Below, one piece after another: positions 1-10,484 of a stretch of 64,000 nucleotides of DNA. The notes beneath the pieces are model-generated. The model did no database searches. It was not told where the DNA came from and saw only the letters and a program-made list of their open reading frames with translations. The translations under genes were made by a program, and so were the position numbers. Origin of the DNA: Anaeromyxobacteraceae bacterium (GTDB lineage Bacteria > Myxococcota > Myxococcia > Myxococcales > Anaeromyxobacteraceae); assembly GCA_047602405.1 (NCBI GenBank), contig JASGHJ010000002.1, positions 960,001-1,024,000 on the forward strand, written 5' to 3'. Each line of letters opens with the position of its first letter. Within the stretch, counting starts at the first letter, position 1.

Positions 1-1
1 G

Positions 2-2002
2 AGCGAGGAGACGACCGAGGAGCCGCAGCAGGAGCCGGCCCGGCCGCCGTCGCGCCCGGGGCAGGCCGCCCCGGCCCCCGCGCCCGGCACGGCCCCGCCC
101 ACGACCGGCCAGGCCGCCCCCGCCGCCTCCCCGGCGCCGGGCGACGCGGTCGTCCCGCCGCCGCCGCCCCCGCCCCCCGCGCCGACCGCCGAGCTCGTGC
201 GCGAGATCATGCCGGTGAAGGTCACCCAGGACACGCTCCTCGCCCACTGGACCGCCCGGCGCGTCGCGGTGCGCGAGGGCGACCCGGTGAAGGCGGAGCA
301 GGCCGCGCAGGAGCTCCTCGCGGTGAAGCGCGCGCTCGGCATCGACGACCTCGACGCGATGTCCGCCGCGGAGGTGCGGGAGTCGCGCCGGGCCCTCCAG
401 CAGAACGGCTCCGCCCGCGCGCTCGCGCACGCGGAGCTCGCCGTCGAGCTCGCGCCGGACCAGGCCGACGCCCACCTCGCGCTCGCGCGCGCGCGGCTCG
501 CCCACGCGCCCGGCGACCCCGGCCAGGTGTTCGCCGCGCTCGGCGGCGCCCTCGGCGCGGGCGCGCGGGACCCGCACACCGCGCGCGCCTTCGTCGCCGA
601 CGTCGTCGGCGCCGGGCTCGTCGCGGTCTTCCTCGCCGCGCTCGCGGTCGTGACCGTCCTCCTCGCGCGCCACCTGCGCCGACTCCTGCACGACCTGCAG
701 CACCTGCCGCTCGTCGGCGCCGCCGGCGTCCAGGCCGCGTTCCTGGCCCTCATCCTGCTCGCCGCGCCGGCCGTGCTCGGCGCCGGCCCGTTCCTCGTGG
801 TCGCGGTCTGGGCCCTCGCGTCGTTCATGTACCAGTCCGCGCGGGAGCGGCTTGTGACCCTCGCGGCGGTGGCGGCCATCGCCGCCATGCCGTGGGCGGC
901 GGGCGTGGTCGCCCGGCAGACCTGGTGGACCGGGACGCTCGCCGAGCAGATCGACGCGTTCGAGCGCGGGTCTCCGTCGGCCGAGGAGGCCGCCGCGCTC
1001 GCCGCGCGCGCGAACGACGCGCCCGCGCCGGCGATGGTCCACGCGGCGCTGGGCCGGTACCACAAGCGGCGGGGCGAGCTCGACGAGGCGCTCAGGCTCT
1101 ACCAGCGCGCGGCCGAGGCCGACCCCCGCGCCGCCGACGTGAGCGTCAACACCGGCAACGTGCTCCTCCTGCGGGGGGACGTCGAGGGCGCGAAGGCGGC
1201 GTACCTCTCCGCCACCGACCGGGCGGGCGGCGACCTCGTGGTGCTCGCCGCCGCGCACTACAACCTCTCGAAGCTCTACCTGCGCACCTCCGACATGGAG
1301 AAGAGCGCCGCGGCGCGGGAGCGGGCCGAGAGCGAGGGCGCCGACTTCCTGCGCCGGTACGGCTCGGACGACGACTTCTCGGCGAACCGCTACGTGGTCG
1401 ACGTCCCGGTGTCGCGCGAGCGCCTCGTGACGATGGCGCGCGACGAGGCCAATCCCGAGCTCGTGCGGAACTGGCTCCGCGCCCGCCTCGCCGGCACCCT
1501 CCCGGGCGCGTGGCTCACCGGCGCGAGCGCGCTGCTCGCGGCGCTGCTCGGCGCGTCCGCCCTGGCGGCCCGCCGGCTCATGCCCTCCCGGGCGTGCGAG
1601 CGCTGCGGCGGGGCGAGCTGCCGCCGCTGCGATCGCAACGCCGCCGGGATGTGCGGCGCCTGCATCAACGTCTTCACGCGCAAGGGCGTGGTCGACGCGC
1701 GCGACCGCCTCCGCAAGGAGTCGGAGGTCCGCCGGCACGAGCGGTGGTCGCGGCTGTCGACCCGGGCGCTCGCCATCGCCGGCGGCGGGGTGGGGCAGCT
1801 CTGGAGCGGCCGGCCGTTCCTCGGCACGGTGCTCGTGCTCGGGATGCTCTTCCTCGCGGTGGTGGTGGGGCTGTGGCGGGGGCTCCTGCCGCCGCCGCTG
1901 CCCACCCCGTACGTCCTCGGCGGGAAGCTCCTCGTGGCGCTGCCGCTCGGGCTCGGCTTCTGGCTCGTCGCGGTGCGGGACGCCTTCCGGAGGACCGAGT
2001 AG
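2..2002 (+). CDS. TPR-containing multi-pass membrane protein with Cys cluster (5' end outside window)
   Basis: Frame of ORF 197..2002 is open back to position 2; TPR-like repeats (ALGRYHKRRGELDEALRLYQRAAEADP), several hydrophobic segments, Cys cluster CERC..CRRC..CGAC. Confidence 0.75.
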   Translation, partial: SEETTEEPQQEPARPPSRPGQAAPAPAPGTAPPTTGQAAPAASPAPGDAVVPPPPPPPPAPTAELVREIMPVKVTQDTLLAHWTARRVAVREGDPVKAEQAAQELLAVKRALGIDDLDAMSAAEVRESRRALQQNGSARALAHAELAVELAPDQADAHLALARARLAHAPGDPGQVFAALGGALGAGARDPHTARAFVADVVGAGLVAVFLAALAVVTVLLARHLRRLLHDLQHLPLVGAAGVQAAFLALILLAAPAVLGAGPFLVVAVWALASFMYQSARERLVTLAAVAAIAAMPWAAGVVARQTWWTGTLAEQIDAFERGSPSAEEAAALAARANDAPAPAMVHAALGRYHKRRGELDEALRLYQRAAEADPRAADVSVNTGNVLLLRGDVEGAKAAYLSATDRAGGDLVVLAAAHYNLSKLYLRTSDMEKSAAARERAESEGADFLRRYGSDDDFSANRYVVDVPVSRERLVTMARDEANPELVRNWLRARLAGTLPGAWLTGASALLAALLGASALAARRLMPSRACERCGGASCRRCDRNAAGMCGACINVFTRKGVVDARDRLRKESEVRRHERWSRLSTRALAIAGGGVGQLWSGRPFLGTVLVLGMLFLAVVVGLWRGLLPPPLPTPYVLGGKLLVALPLGLGFWLVAVRDAFRRTE

Positions 2003-2005
2003 GCC

Positions 2006-3175
2006 ATGGCGCTCCGGGGCACGCTCAGGGACTTCGGGATCGCCGAGATCCTCCAGCTCATCGGCCAGCAGGCGAAGAGCGGCATCCTCCACCTCGCCTC
2101 GCGCGAGGACGAGATCCACATCACCATCGCCGACGGCAACCTCGTCGGGGCCGAGTCCGCCCGCCGGCAGGCGCGCGACCGCCTCGGCAACATGCTCGTC
2201 CGCGCCGAGATCATCACCAACGAGGAGCTCGAGCACGCGCTCGACCTCCAGAAGCGCAGCCTGCGCCGCCTCGGCGACGTGCTGATGGAGCTCGGCTACA
2301 TCTCGATGGAGGAGCTGAAGGAGACGACGGCGCTCCAGACCACCGAGACCGTCTACCGGCTCTTCGCCTGGAAGAGCGGCGACTACTCCTTCGACGCGCA
2401 GGACGTCGACTGGGACCCGTACACGGTGACGCCGCTGCGCGCCGAGTCGGTCCTCATGGAGGGGTTCCGGCAGGTCGACGAGTGGCCGCTGATCCGCAAG
2501 CGCATCAGCTCGCGGGGGATGACCTTCGAGCGGCTGAAGCACCTCGACCCCGGCGAGAAGACGAGCTCGCGCCCCATCCCGAGGGACGACGTCGACGCCG
2601 CGTTCGACGATCTCGGCGAGGCGCCCGCCGAGAAGAAGGGCGAGTTCGCCACGCTCGGCGCGAACGAGCGGAAGGTCTACGAGCTCGCGCTGCCCGGGCG
2701 GACCGTCGAGAAGGTCGTCGACCTCTCGCGCCTCGGCGAGTTCGAGACGTGCAAGGCGCTCCTCAACCTCGTCAACCTCGGGTACCTGAAGGCCATCGGC
2801 CCGGCGGGGCGGTCCGGGCACGTCGACGCCGCGCAGGTCTCGGCGCTCGCCACCCGGGTGCTCGCCACCATCGCGCTCGCGTGCGCGCTCGCCGGGCTCG
2901 TGTACTGGTTCGACCAGCGCGCGCTCGCGGCCCAGGGCGAGACCGCGCTCGCCGACAACGCGGGCCAGCGGTACCTGTCGCGGTACCAGGTCGCCCGGCT
3001 CCGGTCGGCGCTCGACGTCTTCCGGCTCGAGCGGGGCGGGTACCCGGCCGGCCTGAACGAGCTCGTGGAGGCCGGGATCGTGGACGAGGTCGACCTCCGG
3101 CACCCCTGGTCGACGCCTTACTTCTACCGGCGCACCCCCCAGGGCTCCTACGTCCTGCTGGCGCCGGTCGAGTAG
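2006..3175 (+). CDS. DUF4388 (PatA-N-like) domain protein with C-terminal pseudopilin/GspG-like segment
   Basis: MALRGTLRDFGIAEILQLIGQQAKSGIL is a typical DUF4388 start; RLGDVL motif; TM helix followed by LRSALDVFRLERGGYP...HPWSTPYFY. Confidence 0.75.
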   Translation: MALRGTLRDFGIAEILQLIGQQAKSGILHLASREDEIHITIADGNLVGAESARRQARDRLGNMLVRAEIITNEELEHALDLQKRSLRRLGDVLMELGYISMEELKETTALQTTETVYRLFAWKSGDYSFDAQDVDWDPYTVTPLRAESVLMEGFRQVDEWPLIRKRISSRGMTFERLKHLDPGEKTSSRPIPRDDVDAAFDDLGEAPAEKKGEFATLGANERKVYELALPGRTVEKVVDLSRLGEFETCKALLNLVNLGYLKAIGPAGRSGHVDAAQVSALATRVLATIALACALAGLVYWFDQRALAAQGETALADNAGQRYLSRYQVARLRSALDVFRLERGGYPAGLNELVEAGIVDEVDLRHPWSTPYFYRRTPQGSYVLLAPVE

Positions 3176-3192
3176 CGCCGCTCCCCGCGTCC

Positions 3193-3247
3193 GTCGAAGG
3201 GCCTGCCCCGAGCCTGTCGAAGGGCCTGCCCTGAGCCTGTCGAAGGG
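3193..3247. repeat. Tandem 23-bp REP-like repeat CCTGCCCYGAGCCTGTCGAAGGG (~2.4 copies)
   Basis: gtcgaaggg 3193-3201, cctgccccgagcctgtcgaaggg 3202-3224, cctgccctgagcctgtcgaaggg 3225-3247; intergenic. Confidence 0.85.
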
Positions 3248-3296
3248 TGCCTCCGGCCCCGGGTCCGGTTATCGTAGGACCGGAGGCCGACCCCAC

Positions 3297-4358
3297 TTGG
3301 CTCAGAGCGCAGCGGAACCCCTGAAGTCCACCCGCCTCGAGTTCCCCGACAACGACAAGGTCCGCGCGCTGTGCGGCGCGCACTCGGAGCACTTGAAGCT
3401 CATCGAGAAGCGGCTCGGCGTGCAGCTCGGGCTGCGCGGCGGGCAGCTCGTCGTGGCGGCGGCCGAGGAGGCGCGCGTGAAGCTCGCGGAGGGGCTCCTG
3501 CGCGAGCTGTACGACCTCGTCGTCGCGGGCTACCCGCTCTACCTCGAGGACGTGGACCAGGCGACGAAGCTCGCCGGGCAGGGCGTGCCGCTCAAGGAGG
3601 TCTTCGGCGACACCGTCTTCGTCTCGTCGCGCCACCGGATCATCACGCCGAAGGGGCTCGCGCAGAAGCGCTACATCGAGGCGATCCGCGACCAGGACAT
3701 CGTCTTCGGCATCGGCCCCGCGGGCACCGGCAAGACGTACCTCGCGATGGCGATGGCCGTCGCGTTCCTGGTGGAGCGCAAGGTGAAGCGGATCGTGCTC
3801 ACCCGCCCGGCGGTCGAGGCGGGCGAGAAGCTCGGCTTCCTCCCCGGCGACATCGCGGAGAAGGTGAACCCGTACCTGCGCCCGCTGCACGACGCGCTCT
3901 TCGACATGGTGGACGAGGAGAAGGCCAACGCCTTCATCGAGCGCGGCACGGTCGAGGTCGCGCCGCTCGCCTTCATGCGCGGGCGCACGCTCAACGACGC
4001 CTTCATCATCCTCGACGAGGCGCAGAACACCACCGAGGAGCAGATGAAGATGTTCCTCACGCGCCTCGGCTACGGCTCGAAGGCGGTGGTCACCGGCGAC
4101 GTCACGCAGGTCGACCTGCCGACCAGCCGCTCCTCGGGCCTGGTGGAGGTCCAGAAGATCCTGAAGAGCGTCGAGGGCGTCTCGTTCTGCCACTTCAGCG
4201 AGGTCGACGTGGTGCGCCACCCGCTCGTGCAGGAGGTCGTCCGCGCCTACGACCAGTACGACGCGGAGCGGAAGGCCCGGGTCGAGGATCGGCGGCGCGA
4301 GCAGGCGCCGGCCGCGCCGGCGGTTGCGGCCGATACCCCGCCGGGCGACCCGCGTTAG
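3297..4358 (+). CDS. phoH: PhoH-like ATPase (YbeZ family)
   Basis: GPAGTGKTYLA Walker A, RIVLTRPAVEAGEKLGFLPGD, APLAFMRGRTL, DEAQN. Confidence 0.95.
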   Translation: MAQSAAEPLKSTRLEFPDNDKVRALCGAHSEHLKLIEKRLGVQLGLRGGQLVVAAAEEARVKLAEGLLRELYDLVVAGYPLYLEDVDQATKLAGQGVPLKEVFGDTVFVSSRHRIITPKGLAQKRYIEAIRDQDIVFGIGPAGTGKTYLAMAMAVAFLVERKVKRIVLTRPAVEAGEKLGFLPGDIAEKVNPYLRPLHDALFDMVDEEKANAFIERGTVEVAPLAFMRGRTLNDAFIILDEAQNTTEEQMKMFLTRLGYGSKAVVTGDVTQVDLPTSRSSGLVEVQKILKSVEGVSFCHFSEVDVVRHPLVQEVVRAYDQYDAERKARVEDRRREQAPAAPAVAADTPPGDPR

Positions 4359-4398
4359 AGGTTGCGAGGGGCGGGCGGCGGGTGCGACTCTGCGCCCG

Positions 4399-6721
4399 GT
4401 GCCGCCCCCCACCCCGCCGCCCGCGCCCCCGAGGCCGGACCTGGCCACGCCCCGAGTGGACTGGATGGGGCGCGGGGTGCGCCTGCTGGTGCTCGCCGCG
4501 GTCGGGCTGACCGCCGCGCTCGTGCTCGCGCCCGCCGATCCGAGCCGCTTCCCCGGCGCGGAGGCGCTCGGGAAGCCCGCGCCCTTCACCATCACCGCCG
4601 ACCGCGACTACGACCTCGCCGACGGCGACGCCACCGCCCGCCGCCGCAGCGAGGCGGCCGCGGCGCAGCCGCCGGTGTGGGATCTCGACGGCGGCGCCTC
4701 CGACGAGGCGGCGGCCCGCATCCGCGCCGCCTTCGAGCGCATGCGGGAGCTCGAGGCCGAGGCGCGGCAGCGGGCGGCGCCGGGGCGGGAGGCGCAGGAG
4801 CTCCAGCGGGCGTGGGCCGCGGGGCGCGACGGGTTCGTCTCGCGCCTGCAGGTCATCCCCTCCGACGAGGATCTCGCCGCGCTCGCGTCGGTCCGCTTCG
4901 CGGAGGCCCCCGAGCTCGCCCTCGCCGCGCTCGCCCACGCGGGCCTCGACGGGCTCGTGGTGCAGGACCCGCAGCTGTTGCCGCCGGAGCGCGATCGCGG
5001 CCTCGTGGTGAGGGTGGTGCGGGACGGCGCCGTCCAGGGCGAGCGGACGCTGCTCGACCTCGGGGCGGTGCGGAGCGTGGAGCGCGCGCGCGAGGAGATC
5101 GCGCGGCAGGCGCCGGCGTTCCTCGCGTCCGAGCCGCCCCGCGCCCGCGCCGCGCTCGCGCGCATCGCGGCCGCCATGGTCCGCCCGACGCTCGTCAACA
5201 ACCAGGCCGAGACCGACCGGCGGCGGGCCGAGGCCGCCGCGGCGGTGAAGCCGGTCTTCGTGGCGGTGAAGCGCGGCGAGAAGATCGTGGGCGACGGCGA
5301 GCGCATCGAGCGGCGCCACCTCGTGCTCATCCAGGGGATGCGCGCCGAGCGCCGCGGGGAGGGGCTCCTCGGCGTGCGGGTCGGCGCCGGCGTCCTCGTC
5401 GCCGCCATGTGCGCCGTGCTCTGGGCGTTTGCGCGGCGGAACCTCCCGCGCTTCCGCCCGGCCCGGCGGGACGCGGTCCTGCTCGGCGGCCTCCTCTCGG
5501 TGACGCTCGCCCTCGGCGCCGCCGGCTTCGCCGCGATGGACGCGCTCGAGGCGAAGTTCCCGGCGTTCCCGTCGCCCTCCCTCCACTACCTCGTGCCGGT
5601 CGCCGCGGGCGCCATGATCGCCGGGCAGGTGCTCTCCTCCGAGAATCGCGCTCCTCTTCGGCATCGCCGCCGGGCTCGCGACCGGGCTCGTCGCGAACGC
5701 CTCGGCCTCCTTCGCCGTCTTCGCGACCACGACCTCGGTCGTCGCCGCCGGGGCGTTCCCCGGCGCGCAGGACCGGGCGAGCCCGTTCCGCGCCGCGGCC
5801 ACGGTGGGGCTCGTCGGCGCCGCGATCGCGGTCGCCACCGCCGCCGCCGACGGGCGCGCGCTGCAGGAGGTGGCGGTCGCCGGCATCACCGCGCTCGCGG
5901 GCGGGGCGCTCCTCCTCCCGGTGGCGGTGCTCGCGGCGCTGCCGCTCGTGGAGCGGGCGTTCGGCTACGTCACCGACGGCAAGCTCCTCGAGCTCGCGAG
6001 CCTGAACCACCCCGCGCTGAAGGAGCTCATCCTCCAGGCGCCCGGCACGTACCACCACTCCATCCGGATGGGCACGCTCGTGGAGGCGGCGGCGAGCGCG
6101 GTGGGCGCGAACCCGCTGCTCGCGAAGGTCTGCGCCTACTACCACGACATCGGCAAGATCCGGAACCCGGCCTACTTCGCCGAGAACCTCCGCGGCGAGA
6201 ACAAGCACGACGGGCTCGCGCCGTCGATGAGCGCGCTCATCGTGAAGCGGCACGTGACCGACGGCCTCGAGCTCGCCCGGCAGTGGCGGCTGCCCCGCCC
6301 GGTGGCCGACGCCATCGCCCAGCACCACGGCACCCGGCTCGTCGCGTACTTCTGGGCGCGCGCGCGGGCCGGGGAGGGCGCCACCCGCGTCGCGCCGGAC
6401 GAGCCGCTGTTCCGTTACCCCGGGCCGCGGCCCCAGACCCGCGAGGCGGCGCTGGTGCTGCTCGCGGACGTCTGCGAGGCCTCGGCGCGGGAGCTCGAGC
6501 GCGCCGACGAGCCGGGCCTGCACGCCCTCGTGCGGCGGCGGATCCAGGAGGCCTTCGAGGAGGGCCAGCTCGACGCGTGCGATCTCACCCTGCGGGACCT
6601 CGGCCTCATCGGGGACGCCCTGGCCCGCTCCCTCCTGGCGCTCCAGCCTGCGCAGCGCGCCGAGCCCCCGCGAGAGGGCGGGGAGCGGCCCTCCCCGGTG
6701 AAGCTGGTCGGCGAGCCGTGA
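4399..6721 (+). CDS. 7TM-HD/HDIG phosphohydrolase (PgpH/YqfF-like); apparent +1 frameshift at 5643-5647
   Basis: N-part in the 4324 frame (VKRGEKIVGDGE), C-part in the 5804 frame (APGTYHHS, YYHDIGK, QHHGT, YPGPRPQTRE); removing one A from GAGAATC joins them; usual position between phoH and ybeY; start approximate. Confidence 0.85.
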
Positions 6722-7317
6722 CCGTCCGTGCGCGCTCGGAGCACCGGAGGGGCGCGGCGGCGCTCCGGCGCCTGCGGACCCGGGCCGAGGCCTACCTCGA
6801 CGCCCTCGGCCGCGGGGAGGCGGAGCTCTCGGTGCTGCTCGTGACCGACCGGCGGATCCGGACCCTCAACCGGGAGTGGCGGGGAAAGGACCAGGCCACC
6901 GACGTCCTGTCCTTCCCCCAGTCGGAGCCCCCCGGACATGGGCCGCTGCTGGGTGACGTGGTAATCTCCTTGGACACCGCCGCGCGGAGGGCTGACGAGG
7001 ACGGCCGGCCCGTCGGCGTGGAGCTGGACCGTTACCTCGCGCACGGCCTCCTCCACCTGCTCGGGTTCGATCACGAGCGGGCCGGGGACGCGAAGGTGAT
7101 GGCGGAGCACGAGGAGCGGCTGGTCCGCGTCGAGGGGCTCGTCGGCGCGGCACTGAACGAGGCGGCACGGAAGCCGGAGCGGAGCAAGTCGACCCCGCAG
7201 GGCGACGGAACGGACGGATGGACCCGTACGCGGACATCGACCTCGACTCGGAGTCGGTCTGGCTCGACGGCGCGTGGTTCACGCGCGAGGAGCTCGCGCA
7301 CAAGATCCGCGAGATGA
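6718..7317 (+). CDS. ybeY: rRNA maturation endoribonuclease YbeY
   Basis: LNREWRGKDQATDVLSFP, LLGDVVIS, HGLLHLLGFDH; GTG start overlaps upstream TGA; low-complexity tail overlaps next gene. Confidence 0.92.
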   Translation: MTVRARSEHRRGAAALRRLRTRAEAYLDALGRGEAELSVLLVTDRRIRTLNREWRGKDQATDVLSFPQSEPPGHGPLLGDVVISLDTAARRADEDGRPVGVELDRYLAHGLLHLLGFDHERAGDAKVMAEHEERLVRVEGLVGAALNEAARKPERSKSTPQGDGTDGWTRTRTSTSTRSRSGSTARGSRARSSRTRSAR

Positions 7318-7619
7318 TCGAGCAGGGCGACTTCCGCGTCTCCCGCCCCAGCCAGGCCCTCGAGCGGCTCGAGGCCGCCATCGGCCAGGCCCGCACCGTC
7401 AACGTCCGGATGCCCATGGACCTCGCCGAGGCGGTCACCGCCACGGCGCACCGCCTCGGGCGGCCGGTCGGCCACCTCGTGCGGGAGGCCGTGTCGTACT
7501 ACCTCGCGGCCGCGGCGGCGTACGGCCTCGCCGATGCGCCGGCGGCGGAGCCCGAGGCCGCGCCCGCCGAGGCGCCCGGGCAGGCCGGCGAGGCCGCCCC
7601 GGCCCGCAAGGCCACCTGA
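7218..7619 (+). CDS. Small protein with probable ribbon-helix-helix (CopG-like) domain
   Basis: RTVNVRMPMDLAEAVTATAHRLGRPVGHLVREAVSYY has RHH pattern; normal GC3 codon usage. Confidence 0.6.
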   Translation: MDPYADIDLDSESVWLDGAWFTREELAHKIREMIEQGDFRVSRPSQALERLEAAIGQARTVNVRMPMDLAEAVTATAHRLGRPVGHLVREAVSYYLAAAAAYGLADAPAAEPEAAPAEAPGQAGEAAPARKAT

Positions 7620-7634
7620 CCCTCCCGCTCGACC

Positions 7635-9296
7635 GTGAAGCGCCTCGTCCCATTCTGGGTGGCGGCCGGGTCCGGCCTCGCGATGTCGCTCGCGCTCCCG
7701 CTCGTCGTGCGGGCGCTCTCGCTCCGCGAGCTCGACCCCGCGGGCTGGCTCGAGCCGGTCGCCTGGGTGGCGCTCGTGCCGGCGATCCTCGCGCTCCGGG
7801 CCGCACCGCGCCCGGGACGCGCGGCGCTCCTCGGCCTCGCGGCGGGGCTCGCGTACTTCTACGCCTCCATCCACTGGGTCTCGCACGCGATGACCGCGTT
7901 CGGCGGGGTCCCCGGCGCGCTCGCGTTCCTCGGCCTCACGCTGCTCGTGGGGTACATGGCGGCCCACTGGGCCGCGGCCTTCGCGATCTCGGCGGCGCTG
8001 CGCGCCCGCCTCGGCTGGCCGCTGTGGGCGCAGCTCCCGCCGGTCTGGGCCGCGCTCGAGCTCTGCCGCAACTACTTCCTCACCGGCTTCCCCTGGGCGA
8101 ACCTCGGCTACACGCAGGTCCGCACGCCCTGGGTCGCGCAGCTCGCCTCCGCGACCGGGGTGTATGGCATCGCGGCCCTCGTCGTGCTCGTGAACGCGGT
8201 GCTCGCCGAGGTGATCGCGGCGCGGCGGGAGCACCGCCCGGCGCCGGGGCGCGCGCTCGCGGTCGCGGGCGCGGCGGTCGTGCTCACGCTCGCCTACGGC
8301 GCCGCGCACCTGTCCGGCGTGCGCGACCGGATGCAGGACGCGCCGAGCTTCTCGGTGGGCATCGTCCAGCCCAACGTCGACCAGTCGCGGAAGAACCGGG
8401 CGCGCGACAACGCGGGCTACATCCTGCCTCGGCTCGTCACGCCGACCGTCGAGGCCGACCGCGCCGGGGCCGACCTCGTGGTCTGGCCCGAGGCCTCGTA
8501 CCCGATCTACGTGCCGGCCGGCACGCGGAGCTTCGCGGGGGCGTGGTCGGGGATCCCGCCGCTCGAGCACGCGCACCTCCTCGCCGGGGTCGCGACGTTC
8601 GAGTACTTCACCGACCCCGAGACCGGGAAGCGGCGCGGCCGGGTCGCGAACCAGAACCAGCTGCTCTCGCCGTCGCTCGAGGTGCTCGGCACCTACCAGA
8701 AGAACCACCTCGTGCCCTTCGGCGAGTACGTGCCGCTCGCGAAGTACCTCAGGTTCCTGCACCAGGTCGTGCCGAGCTTCGCGCCGTCCGCGCCGGGGGC
8801 GGAGCTCGTCCAGCTCTCCTTCGCGCCGGCCGGGGGCGGGGCGCCGGTGCGGCTCGCGCCCATGATCTGCTTCGACGCGATCTTCCCGGAGATCAACCTC
8901 GCCTACGCGCGCCAGGCCCCGGAGCCGGACGTGCTCGTGAACGCGACGAACGACGCGTGGTACGGCCACTCGGCGGGCCCCTACCAGTTCCTCGCCATCG
9001 TGCGCATGCGCGCCATCGAGGCGGAGCGCTCGGTGATCCGTGCGGCCTACGCCGGCGTCTCGGCGGTGATCCTGCCGACCGGCGAGGTCGCCCCCGGGGC
9101 GGTCGAGGTGGGGCCGGTCGAGCCGGAGGACGCGCCCCGGGAGGAGCCGCCCCGGCTGCTCCTCGCCGACGTGCCGCGGTTGCACGGCCGGACCCTGTAC
9201 ACCATCATCGGCGACGCGTTCGCGTATGCGTGCGCCGCCTTCACCGCGGCCGCGCTCGCCGCGTCGATCGTCCGCGCCCGCCGCGCGCGCACGTAA
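7635..9296 (+). CDS. lnt: Apolipoprotein N-acyltransferase
   Basis: GFPWANLGYTQ, VQPNV, VVWPEA, KNHLVPFGEYVP, ICFDAIFP, TNDAWYG. Confidence 0.95.
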   Translation: MKRLVPFWVAAGSGLAMSLALPLVVRALSLRELDPAGWLEPVAWVALVPAILALRAAPRPGRAALLGLAAGLAYFYASIHWVSHAMTAFGGVPGALAFLGLTLLVGYMAAHWAAAFAISAALRARLGWPLWAQLPPVWAALELCRNYFLTGFPWANLGYTQVRTPWVAQLASATGVYGIAALVVLVNAVLAEVIAARREHRPAPGRALAVAGAAVVLTLAYGAAHLSGVRDRMQDAPSFSVGIVQPNVDQSRKNRARDNAGYILPRLVTPTVEADRAGADLVVWPEASYPIYVPAGTRSFAGAWSGIPPLEHAHLLAGVATFEYFTDPETGKRRGRVANQNQLLSPSLEVLGTYQKNHLVPFGEYVPLAKYLRFLHQVVPSFAPSAPGAELVQLSFAPAGGGAPVRLAPMICFDAIFPEINLAYARQAPEPDVLVNATNDAWYGHSAGPYQFLAIVRMRAIEAERSVIRAAYAGVSAVILPTGEVAPGAVEVGPVEPEDAPREEPPRLLLADVPRLHGRTLYTIIGDAFAYACAAFTAAALAASIVRARRART

Positions 9297-9310
9297 GGAG
9301 AGCCAGGCAC

Positions 9311-10430
9311 ATGGCAGGCCCGACCACCGCACGCATCGAGGAGCTCTCGAACCGCCTGGAGTCGCTCCGGGGGGCGCTTTGACGTCGAGCGGAAGCGCAA
9401 CCGGGTCGCCGAGATCTCGCGGCTCTCGGAGGACCCCGGGTTCTGGGGCGACAACACGAAGGCCCAGGCGCTCCTGAAGGAGAAGGCCGGCCTCGAGGCG
9501 CTCGTCGGCGCCTGGGACAGGGTCCGGCGCGGGCTCGACGACGCGCAGGCGCTCCACGAGCTCGCCGAGGAGGCGGCCGACGAGGGCACCCGCGCCGAGG
9601 CCGCGGCGGCCGTCGACGGCGTGGCGAAGGACGTCGAGGGGCTCGAGTTCCAGCGGATGCTCTCCGGCCCGCACGACGAGGCCGGGGCCATCGTCGAGAT
9701 CAAGAGCGGCGCGGGCGGCGTCGAGGCGATGGACTGGGCCGCGATGCTCTACCGGATGTACGCGCGCTACTGCGAGCGGCGCGGCTGGGAGGTCGAGCCG
9801 GCGGACCTCGTCGCCGGCGAGGAGGCGGGCATCTCCTCCGCCTCGTTCATCGTGCGCGGCGACCACGCCTACGGCTGGCTCAAGGCGGAGAAGGGCGTGC
9901 ACCGGCTCGTGCGCATCAGCCCCTTCGACCAGAACGCGCGCCGGCAGACCTCGTTCGCGGCCGTCGACGTCACGCCCGAGATCGACGACGACATCGTCAT
10001 CGACATCAAGGAGGCCGACGTCCGCATCGACACCTACCGCTCCTCCGGCGCGGGCGGCCAGAAGGTCAACAAGACCGACTCCGCCGTCCGGATGACGCAC
10101 CTGCCGACCGGCATCGTGGTCGCGGTGCAGAACGAGCGCAGCCAGCAGAAGAACCGCAGCGTCGCCTGGAAGATCCTCCGCTCCCGCCTCTACGACCTCG
10201 AGGAGAAGAAGCGCGCCGCCCTGCGCGACGCCGCCGAGGCCCAGAAGAAGGACATCGACTTCGGCTCGCAGATCCGCAGCTACGTGCTGCAGCCCTACCA
10301 GATGGTGAAGGACCTCCGGACCGGCGTCGAGACCGGCAAGGTCGACGACGTGCTCGACGGCGACCTCGACGGCTTCATCCAGCCGTACCTCATGGGCGTC
10401 CGGCGCGCCGATCGCGTGGTGGACGAGTAA
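9311..10430 (+). CDS. prfB: Peptide chain release factor 2 with programmed +1 frameshift
   Basis: ATG 9311; CGG GGG GCG CTT TGA C (CTT 9377-9379, TGA 9380-9382) with internal SD-like G run; +1 frame carries SPF and GGQ motifs. Confidence 0.96.
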
Positions 10431-10484
10431 GCTCGCGCGGTCCCCGGCAGCGCGGGCCCACCCCATCCCGAAGGAGGAGGTCGC

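Noticed and set aside
3193..3247. Mini-CRISPR
   Set aside because: Units are head to tail with no spacers.
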